The notes under the pieces: generated by a model
What the model was told of the DNA's origin: nothing
Databases searched by the model: none
What the model saw: the letters and a program-made list of their open reading frames with translations, nothing else
NCBI RefSeq assembly: GCF_001194135.2
Contig: NC_068988.1
Location: 73,695,849-73,759,848 of the forward strand
Direction of reading: 5' to 3'
DNA from: Octopus bimaculoides
Taxonomy: Eukaryota
Length of the DNA: 64,000 bases
Shown here: one piece after another, positions 1 through 10,964 of the stretch
Numbering within the stretch: the first letter of the stretch is position 1
Layout: every line of letters begins with the position of its first letter
Position numbers and translations under genes: made by a program

Positions 1-1251
1 TCCAAATCTTTTTTCAAAGAGTTTTCAATTTCTTCCATGAGATGGAAGGTGGTTTTCAATGGTTATTTTCTCCTTCCTTATTTCTCTATAGAATGTTTTG
101 GCATTGAATGTGAGCAGTTTATTTTGCTTGTAAAAATTGTTTCTTTTATCATATCTTTGAGATTTTACTTGGACCTTTTGTTTCAGTGTTTCTTTTGTTC
201 ATATCAGTTCTTATCTTGATGGAAATCTAAATTTTCTCATCGTTCTTCCTATTTTGGATCTTAGATCATTTCCACAAATTAATTCATTCGATATTGATAT
301 TTCCCTTCTCATTAATTCAATTTCTTTATCAATTTTACTTCTCCGGTTTGGTTTTCTTTGTTTTTTCAAAGGCATACAACTGATTTCAATTGTCTTAGCA
401 GATGCGGAAATAATTTCATTTATCATAGTAAGATCAAATTTTAATTCTTGTATGATTTCTTTTGTTACATATTTGCCATTTTAATTTTTTTAATTATTAT
501 TATTATTTGTTTTCTGGTGTTTATGAAGTGGTTTTCTATCACTCATACTTGTATGTCTTACAACTTCAAGCTCATTTAGAATTTTCTGATTCATTTCCAT
601 CTTAGGCTCTCCGTGTTCTTCAACAAATGTGTGGTCTTCAAATACTGTTTCTTTACCACTTTGCTGTCTTTTTCAGCTTCATTAGAATTTCTTATTTCTT
701 CAGGCATTTGCGTGATTTGATCATATGACAATTTTTCAATTAAGACTCGTGGCAGGCTACTCTCTTCATCTGATTCTTCGTTTTCTTCCTGCCTTATATT
801 TAGGTCATTTTCAGCTACGTGTTTGATCGCAATTATTTCACTAGTTTTGTGTGTATTATTTGTGAAGATTTCCCTTCTAACATTTGCTCACTTCTTACTT
901 TCATCCAAATACGATCTGCTATCGTGAATTCCTGTTTCTGCATATTTTGTAAAAGCTTCTGATGGGCCTCTCTTGAGATGGCCTACCTAATGCATAGTAA
1001 TGAGCGTATATTACTTCTTTATACTCTTCCTGGGTCCATTTGAACTTCTTAATTTTTTTTTTTGTGGTGGCTGTGGTGGTAAACTTTGAGGGCTCGAATT
1101 GGAGCAGTTCCCATTCAAGTGACCATCCAAGTTCGTACTCGGTGAAGAGTTTGTGCCAGTGGATAACTTTTCGACCCCGTGTTGGCTCTCCCCTGAGGAA
1201 AACACTTACAGATTGACCTAGGACAAGTGATTTGGTGTACTGTTTCTTCAT
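1..1251 (-). mobile_element. R4/Dong-clade non-LTR retrotransposon, N-terminal part (decayed, continues past window start)
   Basis: Frameshifted ORFs 919-1251 (KWTQEEYKEVIYAHYYALGRPS) and 211-426 resemble the basic N-terminal region of R4/Dong ORFs. The ATG follows taataat directly. Confidence 0.6.
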
Positions 1252-1289
1252 ATTATTACTATTGTTAGTAATAGTAATAGTACTATGAA

Positions 1290-1475
1290 TACGCCGGGTG
1301 AAATGCTTAGCGATATTTCACCCGTTGCTACATTCTGAGTTCAAATTCCACCGAGGTCGACTTGCCTTTCATCCTTTCGCAGTCAATAAAATAAGTACCA
1401 GCTGAGTACTGGGGTCGATATGATCGACTTGCCTCTTCCACCAAAATTTCAGACCTTGTGCCTTTAGTAGAAAAG

Positions 1476-1476
<1 letters not shown>
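1290..1476 (+). mobile_element. tRNA-derived SINE, family A (Meta-domain-like core), ATT tail
   Basis: B box gagttcaaattcc and core gcctttcatcctttcgcagtcaataaaataagtaccag, ending tagtagaaaag followed by (ATT)n. Confidence 0.8.

Positions 1477-1558
<82 letters not shown>
1477..1558. repeat. (ATT)n microsatellite
   Basis: About 27 near-perfect units, lying between the SINE tail and the Dong 3' end. Confidence 0.98.
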
Positions 1559-3407
1559 GTTCATGTACTCTCAACAATTTAGACTGTTGGAAAAGAAAAG
1601 TATGTTAACATAGGGTTACAACAACTAGCCTTAGATGCCAGGAACCCTCGTGCCTAATAACACTGTTTACTAGAGCTGTACTAAAGTGGGTATTATGCCT
1701 ATTTCCTCTATCAATCTGTTCAGATTTTTAAGGATAGTTCCTAATGCACCTATAACTATTGGGATACATTTTACCCGCACTTTCCATAATCTCTGTAATT
1801 CAATAGCTAGGTCCTGGTACTTTCCTATTTTTCTATACCTCTCGTATTAATATTTTCATCATTTAGGACTGTAAAGTCAATTCTCTGGCACTTTCTATTC
1901 TCTTTATCTACTACTACCAAATCAGGCCTTCCAGCTTCTATTACTCTGTCAGTCTGAATGTTAAAGTCCCACAATATCATGCATTTCTTACTTTCTAGTA
2001 CTTTATTAGGTTCATGTTCATACCATTTATCAGTATGTTCAAATCCAAGCTTTTTACATAGCTCCCAGTGGATTACTCTCCCTAGATTGTCATGTCTTTT
2101 CTTGTATTCTTTCTGTGCCAGCATGCTACATTCACTTACTATATAAGTAACGCTTTCCTCTTTCGCTTTTCATAATCTACATTGGGAATCTACTTGTTTT
2201 TTTTTTCTATCTTGGCTTTTATCCAATTAGTCCTTAATGCTTTATCTTGTGCAGCTATTAACAAACTTTCTGTCTCTCTTTTCAACTTTCCTTTCTGCAA
2301 CCATAACCATGTCTCACTTCTACTATTTACTGAAACTATCTTTGGGAATCTACCATGCAACGCCTTCTCCTGCCAGGCAGATAATTTCAGTTCTTTTTTC
2401 TAGATTTTAAGTTCGTTTGGGTTTTTGGTTTCTCTATGTCTTGCTGTGACTCTGGCAGCTTTTAATAAACTTTCTTCACTATTACCTACATAGGAGTCTA
2501 TACTTACTCTAGCCGACTTCACGCAGTCATCTACTGATATTAACCTTCTTTCACCTTCCTTTCTAGGTAGGTATAATCTTGCTACTCCTGCCCTTGGGTG
2601 GAATCCTCCATTCATATCGAATTCCTTCCTAGTTTTTTGTCTAACTTTGCTAATTCAGTTTTTGTCCAATCTACAAAATCTATTGAGTATCTAAGTAATG
2701 ATACTGCCCAAGTATTTACAGCCTTCACTAGATTCGGACCATTTAGCTTTGATTTCATTAGCTTCTGACGTACTCCTCAATTTTAGTTTTCATTTCTGTA
2801 GTTAGTACTCTGTCGGATTTTAATACTCCTAGATACTTATAACTCTCTCCTCCTTTCAATGATTTTAATGTCTGGCCATCTCGTAATTGGATGCCTTCAC
2901 TGTTGACTACCTGTCTCCTCCTCATGACTAATATTGCACACTTATCTATGCCAAATTCCATATATCTTTGCTGAAGAGTCTTATAGTTTGTATTAAGGAA
3001 TCTATTTCTTTTTCATTCTTACTAAAAAGCTTCAGATTATCCACGTAGAGCAAATGGTTAATTTTTCCCTTATTATTTTTGGACTGGTACCCTGCCTTTG
3101 CCTTCCTTAATACTAAACTGAGGGGTATCAAACATAGAACAAATATTAAAGGGGACAACGAGACCCCTTGGAAATTTCCTCTTTTGACATTAACTTTCCG
3201 AAAGAGTGTGTCACCTGAGTAGAGCTAATTAATTATCTTATGTTGTCTGCTATACTGAATATACTCAAACATTCACTTATCAATGAGTGTGGGATCATGT
3301 CATCGGCTTTCCTATCCATGCAATTAGATTTTTCTTTCTAGCTTTTACTTCATTTAGAACTGCTTTGTATATACATATATATATATATATATATATANNN
3401 NNNNNNN

Positions 3408-3450
<43 letters not shown>

Positions 3451-3952
3451 TGTGTGTGTGTGTGTGTGTGCGTGTATGTATATATATATAATAGATTATG
3501 TGTTCCTCTAGTCTTCTTCTTGCAACCTTTTTGTTCTTCTGGTAGTAAACTCTGGTCGTCAAGGTGCTTGTAAATGCTTTCTGAAAGCATTCCTGTTAAC
3601 AGCTTCCATACTAATGGTAAGCAAGTGATTGGTCCATAGTTGTTAGCTGTACTACTCTTGCTCTTATCTTTCATGATGAGTATTGTCCAACCTCTAGCCA
3701 TCTGGTATTATTCTTTCATTAGGGCAATCGTGAAGTTCTTCCTTCAGCCTCCCATGTAAACTACTGAATTTCTTTAGCCAGTACCCTTGAACTAAATCTG
3801 ATCCTGGGCCCTTCCAATTCAGCATTTTTCCTAACACTTTACTCATTAATGCACTAGTTAATCTTAGATCTGGTTGCTCCTCACTTACTACTTCTTCCCT
3901 CACTTTCTTTAACCATCAAAGTATGTGTCATAAGGTTAGCCACCAACAGGTA
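1559..3952 (-). mobile_element. R4/Dong-clade non-LTR retrotransposon, 5'-truncated (RT plus restriction-like endonuclease), inactive
   Basis: RT motifs NYGPITCLPLVWKLLTG, EEQKGC, FQGVSLSPLIF and YVDNLKLF. RLE motifs RHDNLG, WYEHEP and RPDLVVVDK. The 3' end abuts (TAA)n. Many frameshifts. Confidence 0.9.
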
Positions 3953-3959
3953 TTATTAT

Positions 3960-4176
3960 TAAGGAGGCGAGCTGGCAGAATCGTTAGCACTCTAGACGAA
4001 ATGCTTAGCGGTATTTCGCCCGTCGCAACGTTCTGAGTTCAAATTCCGCCGAGGTTGACTTTGCCTTTCATCCTTTCGGGGTCAATAAATTAAGTACCAG
4101 TGGAACACGGGGATCGATGGAAGCGACTAGCTTCTCTCCCCCAAATTTTCAGGCCTTGTGCCTACTATAGAAAGGA
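3960..4176 (+). mobile_element. SINE family A, full-length
   Basis: A box tggcagaatcg, B box gagttcaaattcc, the same core as 1290-1476, and an ATT tail. Confidence 0.88.
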
Positions 4177-4190
4177 TTATTATTATTATT

Positions 4191-4743
4191 GAGTGAGAGA
4201 GCAGTGTATGCCCTCAAAGTGACACTGGGGTAAAATATACGAATCGCAGTGTACCCATCATGACTATCTGTCTGGAGTACACCAGGTACATGCATCACAA
4301 CCATATGTGCGCAACATGGTGATCTCATATCAAGATAAACAAACAGTGCATGACCTTGCAGGTGGGGTCCAGTTAGCATTTTCTTCAGGTCGAGTAGCCT
4401 ATCCAGCTCAAAAAGTCCCTGAATAAGGATTGTTTAAGGATGTTGAGCAAAACACCCATGTTTCCAAAGGTGAATTATTAAAACCCCGAAGAATTCTTTT
4501 CAACACATGGCTCTGATGCTTCCCCACTGCTTCTGCTCGTTACCAGAGATGCACATATTGTCAGCCACTAAAGGACATGCTCAACTGGTTAAGGTCAAAC
4601 AACTGACAAACAAATCTGTGGTATTGAGTAGAATATTTGCAGTAGACCATCTTTTATACCAAGACAAAACAATGTACATGATGGCGCTTCCAATCAGTTA
4701 AGATCAGAAGCCATGAGAGCCAGTGCCTGGTACTGCATCAGGG

Positions 4744-4746
<3 letters not shown>
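4191..4746 (-). mobile_element. Unclassified ~556-bp interspersed repeat (family T) embedded in ATT/TAA array
   Basis: Homologous copies at 7420-7909, 26450-26612, 52007-52555, 52618-53140 and 54494-54832. No ORF and no pol III boxes seen. Strand is assigned by convention from the TAA flank. Confidence 0.85.
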
Positions 4747-4779
<33 letters not shown>

Positions 4780-4782
<3 letters not shown>

Positions 4783-4950
4783 GGCGGCGATCGGGCAGAA
4801 TCGTTAGCACGCCGGACGAAATGCTTAGCGGTATTTCGTCTGAAGGTACGTTCTGATCTCCACCGTGGTCGACTTTGCCTTTCATCCTTTCGGGTTCGAT
4901 GAAATAAGTACCAGTCAAGTGCTGAGGTCAATGTCATCGACTAGTCCCTA
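4780..4950 (+). mobile_element. SINE family A, 3'-truncated
   Basis: aaggcggcgatcgggcagaatcgttagc head and the core; it stops at the Tx1 junction. Confidence 0.8.
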
Positions 4951-4951
4951 G

Positions 4952-6510
4952 TACTTAGACGGCATGCCGCGACTCTCGGCAGTGGGTGTGAGGCTCTGCG
5001 AAAAGCCGATAACGGCTACTGAAATATGAGAGGCGATGAGCGATTGCACAAGTCGCAAATCGCCAGATTTAGATAGTCTGCCCTATGAATACTATGTACT
5101 CATGCCAGATTTGCTTGGCAGACGTCTATCGCAACTGGCAGCAGAACGGGAGAACTTCTAGTGCTGTTAGTCGGGGTGTGGTGACACTACTGAAGAAGGA
5201 CGCCGACAGTGGGGACGTACTAGGGAAATTTCGGCTCATAACTCTGCTAAACACAGAATTTAAGATTTTGGCCAAGGTGTCAGCGAAGAGGTCGTCTAGT
5301 GGGGAAAGCACAAACGTACGCAATCCCGAACATGTCTATCCACGAAAACCTTCACCTTATGCTATACATCATAGAGAGGGCTGGGACTAAAGATGGCTTC
5401 AGTTGGGCCCTGATCAATTTGAATCAACCGAAAGCATTTGATAGGGTCGACCATCGCTACTTGGAAGCCGTCCTTAAAGCGGTCGGTTTTGGACCCGTTT
5501 TCAGAGGCTGGATAGCCGCAATACACAGCGGCACTTGCTCGGTAGTCAAAGTGAATGGCCACCTATCGGAACGTTTAGTATCACTCGCTCGATCCATCAG
5601 CGCTGCCCGCTGTCACTTCTGTATATGCTGGCTCTCGAACCACTGCTGCAGAAGTTGGAACCGTTNNNNNNNNNNNNNNNNNNNNNNNNNNNNNNNNNNN
5701 NNNNNNNNNNNNNNNNNNNNNNNNNNNNNNNNNNNNNNNNNNNNNNNNNNNNNNNNNNNNNNNNNNNNNNNNNNNNNNNNNNNNNNNNNNNNNNNNNNNN
5801 NNNNNNNNNNNNNNNNNNNNNNNNNNNNNNNNNNNNNNNNNNNNNNNNNNNNNNNNNNNNNNNNNNNNNNNNNNNNNNNNNNNNNNNNNNNNNNNNNNNN
5901 NNNNNNNNNNNNNNTCATGGTCTCGGACACCTACGAGGTGGAGACGATCGGCTCCATTGTAAGGGAATATGAGTCGATTACAGGGTCAAAATCAACGCCG
6001 AAAAGTCGGTGGGATTGTGACTGGGCACCTGGAGAGGCAGATCGATGCCGTCGGGCGTCGTCGTCGGAAGCTGGACTGACGGACCAATTAAACTGCTCGA
6101 GGTCTGGTTCGGTCCCAACCTCTAGGTGGATAAGAAATGGGACGAGGTGACGAACAGGGTGGCCTGTCTTATCCAGAAATAGGCAGAGAGGAAGTTGTCC
6201 CTGAAAGGTCGGGCAGAGGTGGCGAATGCATACATCACCTGTCATTTATTGTCTGACCATCGTGCCTTGCCCCAGTTACTGTTTGATTAGATTGGAACAT
6301 ATCCTTTTTATTTTCTCGTGGAAGGGGCGCGCTCCAATGGTCAGGCGGTCAGTCTGATGCCAACTTCCTCTGCGTGGCAGCTTAGGCATGCGATGGCTTT
6401 TGATGCGCAGACACGCACTCAGTTTGCGCCACCTGCAACGATCTCTAGAAGGTGAACGTGTGTAGGCTCCGTTTGTAAGACACGCCTTTCTGCAGCTCGT
6501 CTCCTTGGGT
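4952..6510 (+). mobile_element. L1/Tx1-clade LINE ORF2 (RT) fragment, decayed, with assembly gap
   Basis: FRLITLLNTEFKILAKV, KAFDRVDHRYL, QRCPLS-LLYMLALEPLL and REYESITG. GC content is higher than the flanks. Confidence 0.88.
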
Positions 6511-6554
6511 AACCACCACCAACAGTAACAGCAACATCAGCAGTAACAACAACA

Positions 6555-6765
6555 ACAGCCATCCGTTGTTGATGATTGCGCCCGCCAACTCTCGATGGAC
6601 TAATTTGCTAACCCGTTCTCTGAAAGCTTGGCGCGCCGGGAAGGACGTGTTCCGCTTCCAGTATCCGGGGCCCTGTCTATGGATCCTATCTATGTCGACC
6701 GTACAGATCACAAATTTATGGTACGTGTAGCCGACGACTTTGAAACGTGAACAACTTATACTACT
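6555..6765 (-). mobile_element. L1/Tx1 EN-RT linker fragment, inverted relative to 4952-6510
   Basis: ORF 6445-6711 contains GPGYWKRNTS, the GPGYWKLN linker motif. Confidence 0.7.
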
Positions 6766-7019
6766 TCTATCTTACAGGCCTACAGAATATATCTAGATTA
6801 ACTGGCAGTGCTACCGAGGAGCTCTGCCACTAAACATTTCATCCGGTGTTGCGAACGGTTCTGGTCGCTCGCCGCCTTAGCAATAAAAACAATAATAATA
6901 ACCAGGCGGGGTAAGGTACGCACTGGGGTCGATGTAATCGACTTAATCCCCTCCCCCAACCTGCCGTTGTGGCAAAAATTTGAAATCATTATTATTATTA
7001 TTATTATTACTGTTATTAT

Positions 7020-7225
7020 TGCTAAAGCAGCGAGCTACCAGAACCGTTAGCAACACCGGGTGAAATGCTTAGCGGTATTTCGTCCGCCTTCACGTTCTGA
7101 ATTCAAATTCCGCAGAGGTCGAATTTTCCTTTCATCCTTTCAAGGTCGATAAATTAAGTACCAGTGAAACACTGGGGCCGATGTAATCGATTTATCCCCT
7201 CCACCAAATTTCAGGCCTTTTATCC
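7020..7225 (+). mobile_element. SINE family A; a partial inverted head copy lies at 6827-6885
   Basis: Head, B box and core are present. The minus-strand head shares the accagaaccgtt variant. Confidence 0.8.
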
Positions 7226-7227
7226 AC

Positions 7228-7365
7228 TACAACAATGTCAGGCCACCAGACATCAATTAGAGTCACATTGGATTGTAAAATGCTACAATATCTTATATTC
7301 TTTATTCTCAGTGATGCTTTCTAGTTCATGTTCATACCATTTCTGTGTTCTTCCAAGACCGTATT
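7228..7365 (-). mobile_element. Short R4/Dong RLE fragment
   Basis: The minus strand encodes KWYEHELESITENKEYKIL, homologous to WYEHEP at ~2010. It is flanked by attattatt. Confidence 0.6.
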
Positions 7366-7419
7366 ATTATTATCTTTTTTATTCTCTTTTCTTCTTACAT
7401 ATTGTCAGACACGCCTTTG

Positions 7420-7909
7420 TACAAATGTACAAAGCCCAATACACCCATCATCACTATCCATCTGATAAGGGTACACCAGACACATGCATCACAACACATG
7501 TGTGCAACATGGTAATCTCATATCAAGATAAACAGCACATCACCTAGCAGGTGGGGTTCTAGTTAGAATTTTTATTCTGGTTGAATAGCCCATCCCACTC
7601 CAAAATTCCTTAAGATGTCAAACGAAACACCCACATTTCCAGAGGTGAAACCCCAAAGATTTTCTCTCAACAAATGGCTATGATGTTCCCGACTACTTCT
7701 GCTCATGATCAGAGATGCACACATCATCAGCCACTAAAGGACACACTCAACTGGTTAAGGTCAAACAACTGACAAGCAAATCTGCAGTATTGTGCAGAAT
7801 ATTTGTTGTAGCCTATTTTTTTACACCAAGAGAAAATATGTACATAACACTTTCAATCAGTTAAGATCAGAAGCCATGACAGCCAGTGCCTGGTACTGTC
7901 TTAGGGCAT
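7420..7909 (-). mobile_element. Family T repeat copy
   Basis: Colinear with 4191-4746, ending ...cctggtactgtcttagggcatt. Confidence 0.85.
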
Positions 7910-8249
7910 TTTATTATATTAGTGATTGGTGTGACTTCATCAAATATTTTTATGGGTTAACTAAGACTGGTGCCTAATGACCATTTAGATTTATTTGCAC
8001 TTGAATGAACAAGATAACATTAAGGTGTTAGTCTGGTCTTGTGGTACCAGCTTATGTTTATAAGCCAATTAAAAAGTTTTTTTTTTTTTTTTTACGAAAT
8101 TCATTATCCTATCAAGGACTTAGTAGTCATTCCTCCCACCTAAGTATATTTTACTACTTTCTATTGTTGCCCCCCCTCACCATCAATTTTCTCACTTTGG
8201 CAACTCTTGTTGTAGTTGTTTTATTCACATCTTGAAATTTATTGTTGGT

Positions 8250-8600
8250 GGCATTTCTTTCGGCTTTACGTTCAGAGTTCGAATGCTGCCATGATCAACT
8301 TTACCTTCCGTCCTTTCAAAGTTGACAAAATAAGTACCAGTCAAGTACTGAGGTTAATGTAATCAACTTTGCCCCTACCCCAGAATTACTGGCCTTGTAC
8401 TAAAATTGGAAATCATTGTTATAATCGAAGCCAGCAGAATTGTTAGATCATCAGAGAAAGTACTTTTACTGACTCTTTACATTCTGATGTCAGATCCCAT
8501 TAAGGTAAACTACACTTAAAATAAAGCACTAGCAAGTACTAGGGTCAATGTAAGCAACTTATACCTCCCACTAAAATTGCTGGTCCGAAATTATTATTCT
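8250..8600 (+). mobile_element. Two degenerate tandem SINE family A copies
   Basis: gagttcgaat B box and taagtaccag core at 8330; a second degenerate core near 8530. Confidence 0.6.
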
Positions 8601-8639
8601 GGTATGGTATGGTCTGAAATTATTATTTAGCTAACCTTA

Positions 8640-9689
8640 GGGTTGTGACTAGGAATTAATGGTAACAAGGTTAATGTTTACAGTTATACCATGTCCCATT
8701 TCCTGAAATACTTAAGTCAAATTTACCTACATCTATCTTACAACCATTACAATAGCTTAATAGAATCAGACCATCCTCATGATATAAACCACAATCCATT
8801 TCGGGAAATTTCTTTCTCAATATATCTAAAATATATAACCCTGTTAATTTCATTTATCTACGCACCATCATATGCTCCCATAGACACAGAGAACAATTTA
8901 TCCTTGCTTTTCTTAAACCATACTACATTATAAAAGAAGTAGAAGTGATTTTCTTGCATTCATAATCACATTTCTGGCTAATATCAGAGATTGTTTTGTA
9001 AAATTTAAGGCCTTCATTAACAAAGGGCTGGTTATTGAAAGATAAAAGTCTGTTGAATCTAGTTTATCTTTTAACCCACAAAAGCATCCCAGTACATAAT
9101 CTTTCTCTGAAAATGTTTTTTCTAATATACTTTTACAAACTATACCTAACTCTGACTTCACTGGGTTAATCAATTTACACTTAGGGTTATTCCTGAAGTT
9201 CACTTTGTAGTCTTTGTTATAAAAGAAGACCAGGGTGCTCAGCATTCTACCCTCTGCTCTATCTTTTCTAACCCTTTGGCAACTAGATTAAAAGATTTGT
9301 AAGCTTTATTTCTAGATTTCTATGCCTCAGAAATTCCGTTTTTCAGAGAAAGCATACACTTTATTTTATTTCCATACAACTTTGGAATTGTTACACACCT
9401 CACAGAACTTGATTATTTTTAAGATATTTAAAAGGTCCTCTTCAAATCTTGCTATGTCATTGTTATATAGTGGATTCTTGCATATTCTGATGTCAAATTT
9501 GTCTTTTGAAGAAATAAACAGGCTATGTCAATTCTTATAAACCTTTCTGCTTCCCCCCTGCACACATTCCATATATTTCTCAGATGGAATTGAGATGGTT
9601 TTAGCCAGAACGGCAAAATCGTGTTTATCCATATAGGGGTCTATTTTTAAGCAAAGGAGCTATATTAATTTCTGTTGAATATCCAAGAA
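8640..9689 (-). mobile_element. Penelope-like element RT relic
   Basis: NNPKCKLINPVKSELG, DFYLSIT, MGAYDGA and GLYHEDGL (LYRDDGL-type) motifs. Confidence 0.75.
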
Positions 9690-9913
9690 GCAATGAATTA
9701 TAAAATTCAATATGTAAATATTAAGTATTCTTTAATACATTATAATTAAAGGACTCATAATTGCCAGAACTGTTTCACATTTCCACTCTTTCAGCTGGTA
9801 ATTCCACCTTGCTTTCTCTTAAATGTGTGTATACACAGACACAGACACACACACACATACACACACACACATATATATGTATATATACATACACACACAC
9901 ATATATGTATGCA

Positions 9914-10819
9914 TCTCCTAATATAATAATGAGCCTAGTGTTTTTATATATTTGCCCAAAATCACGCAGGGGGAATATAAGAAAGAGTGGTATAAGTAAA
10001 GGGAGATGGGAGAAAATAGTAATTCAGTGAAGAAGTATTGAGAGTAATAGCCTTGTCTGAGAGGGAGTGAGAGAAAGTAATAGCAATGAGAGAGAGAGGA
10101 AGTGGCAAAGAGCACAACGTGCATCTTCTGTTTTTCTCCGTCACAACATATGAATGAGAAAGGAAGAGGTGAAAAAAAAAATCAGCATTTCAACTCTGTG
10201 AGTATATATGTGTGTATGTAAAAGGAGATGTGTGTGTGTGTGTGTGTGTGCAATGGAAATGGGAAGGTGAACGTTCAACGCTGAAAAGAAAAATCAAACA
10301 GCATTTCAACTCTGTGTGAGTATATGTGTGTACATGTACAAGGGAAGTATGTGAATGTATGTGAACATTGACAAGTGTATTAATTTGATTTACCATCCAT
10401 ATCTACTATTATAGTATTCTTGTGTATTTCTCTGTCACAACATATGAATGAGAAAGGAAGGGGTGATAGATGAATAAGGAAGGAAGGGATGATGGCAAAC
10501 TTGGTAGTGGAATGATGAAAGTTCTATGGTGAAAAAAAAATCAAACAGCATTTCAACTTTGCGTGAGTATGTGTGTATATAAAAGGGAATCGTGTGTGTG
10601 TGTGTGTGTGTGCAATGGAAGTGGGATGGTGAACATTCAATGCTGAAAAGAAAAATCATACAGCATTTCAACTTTGTGTGAGTATATGTGTGTGTGTGTA
10701 TGTACAAGGGAAGTATGTGAATGTTTGTATCTGTGATTATTATATACCTTAATTTATACCTTATTTATATATAAAATACTACAATTAACCGTTATTTTTG
10801 ATGGCATGGGACCAACTAG
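9914..10819 (+). mobile_element. Non-autonomous Helitron (906 bp) with internal tandem duplication
   Basis: A|TC...CTAG|T junctions and a subterminal hairpin ccgttatttttgatgg (10789-10804). The paralog at ~53525 shows the precise empty site atgca|tatataag. Internal duplicate blocks lie at ~10133-10370 and ~10430-10730. Confidence 0.9.
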
Positions 10820-10964
10820 TATATAAGAATATGTATGTGTGTAAATAAGGAACATCATTTCTTTCAAACGTATTACCATCAAAATATGAATACATTTAAA
10901 CTTAATCTTACCTACTTAGCAGGAGGATCAGGGAATACTAATTGTCATCTATACTATAATGGAG

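Noticed and set aside
1293-1325. Apparent compensatory change in the SINE A stem (gggTgaaat/atttcAccc versus gggCgaaat/atttcGccc)
   Set aside because: Both changes are CpG deamination products (CG>TG, CG>CA), so they are not evidence of selection on structure.
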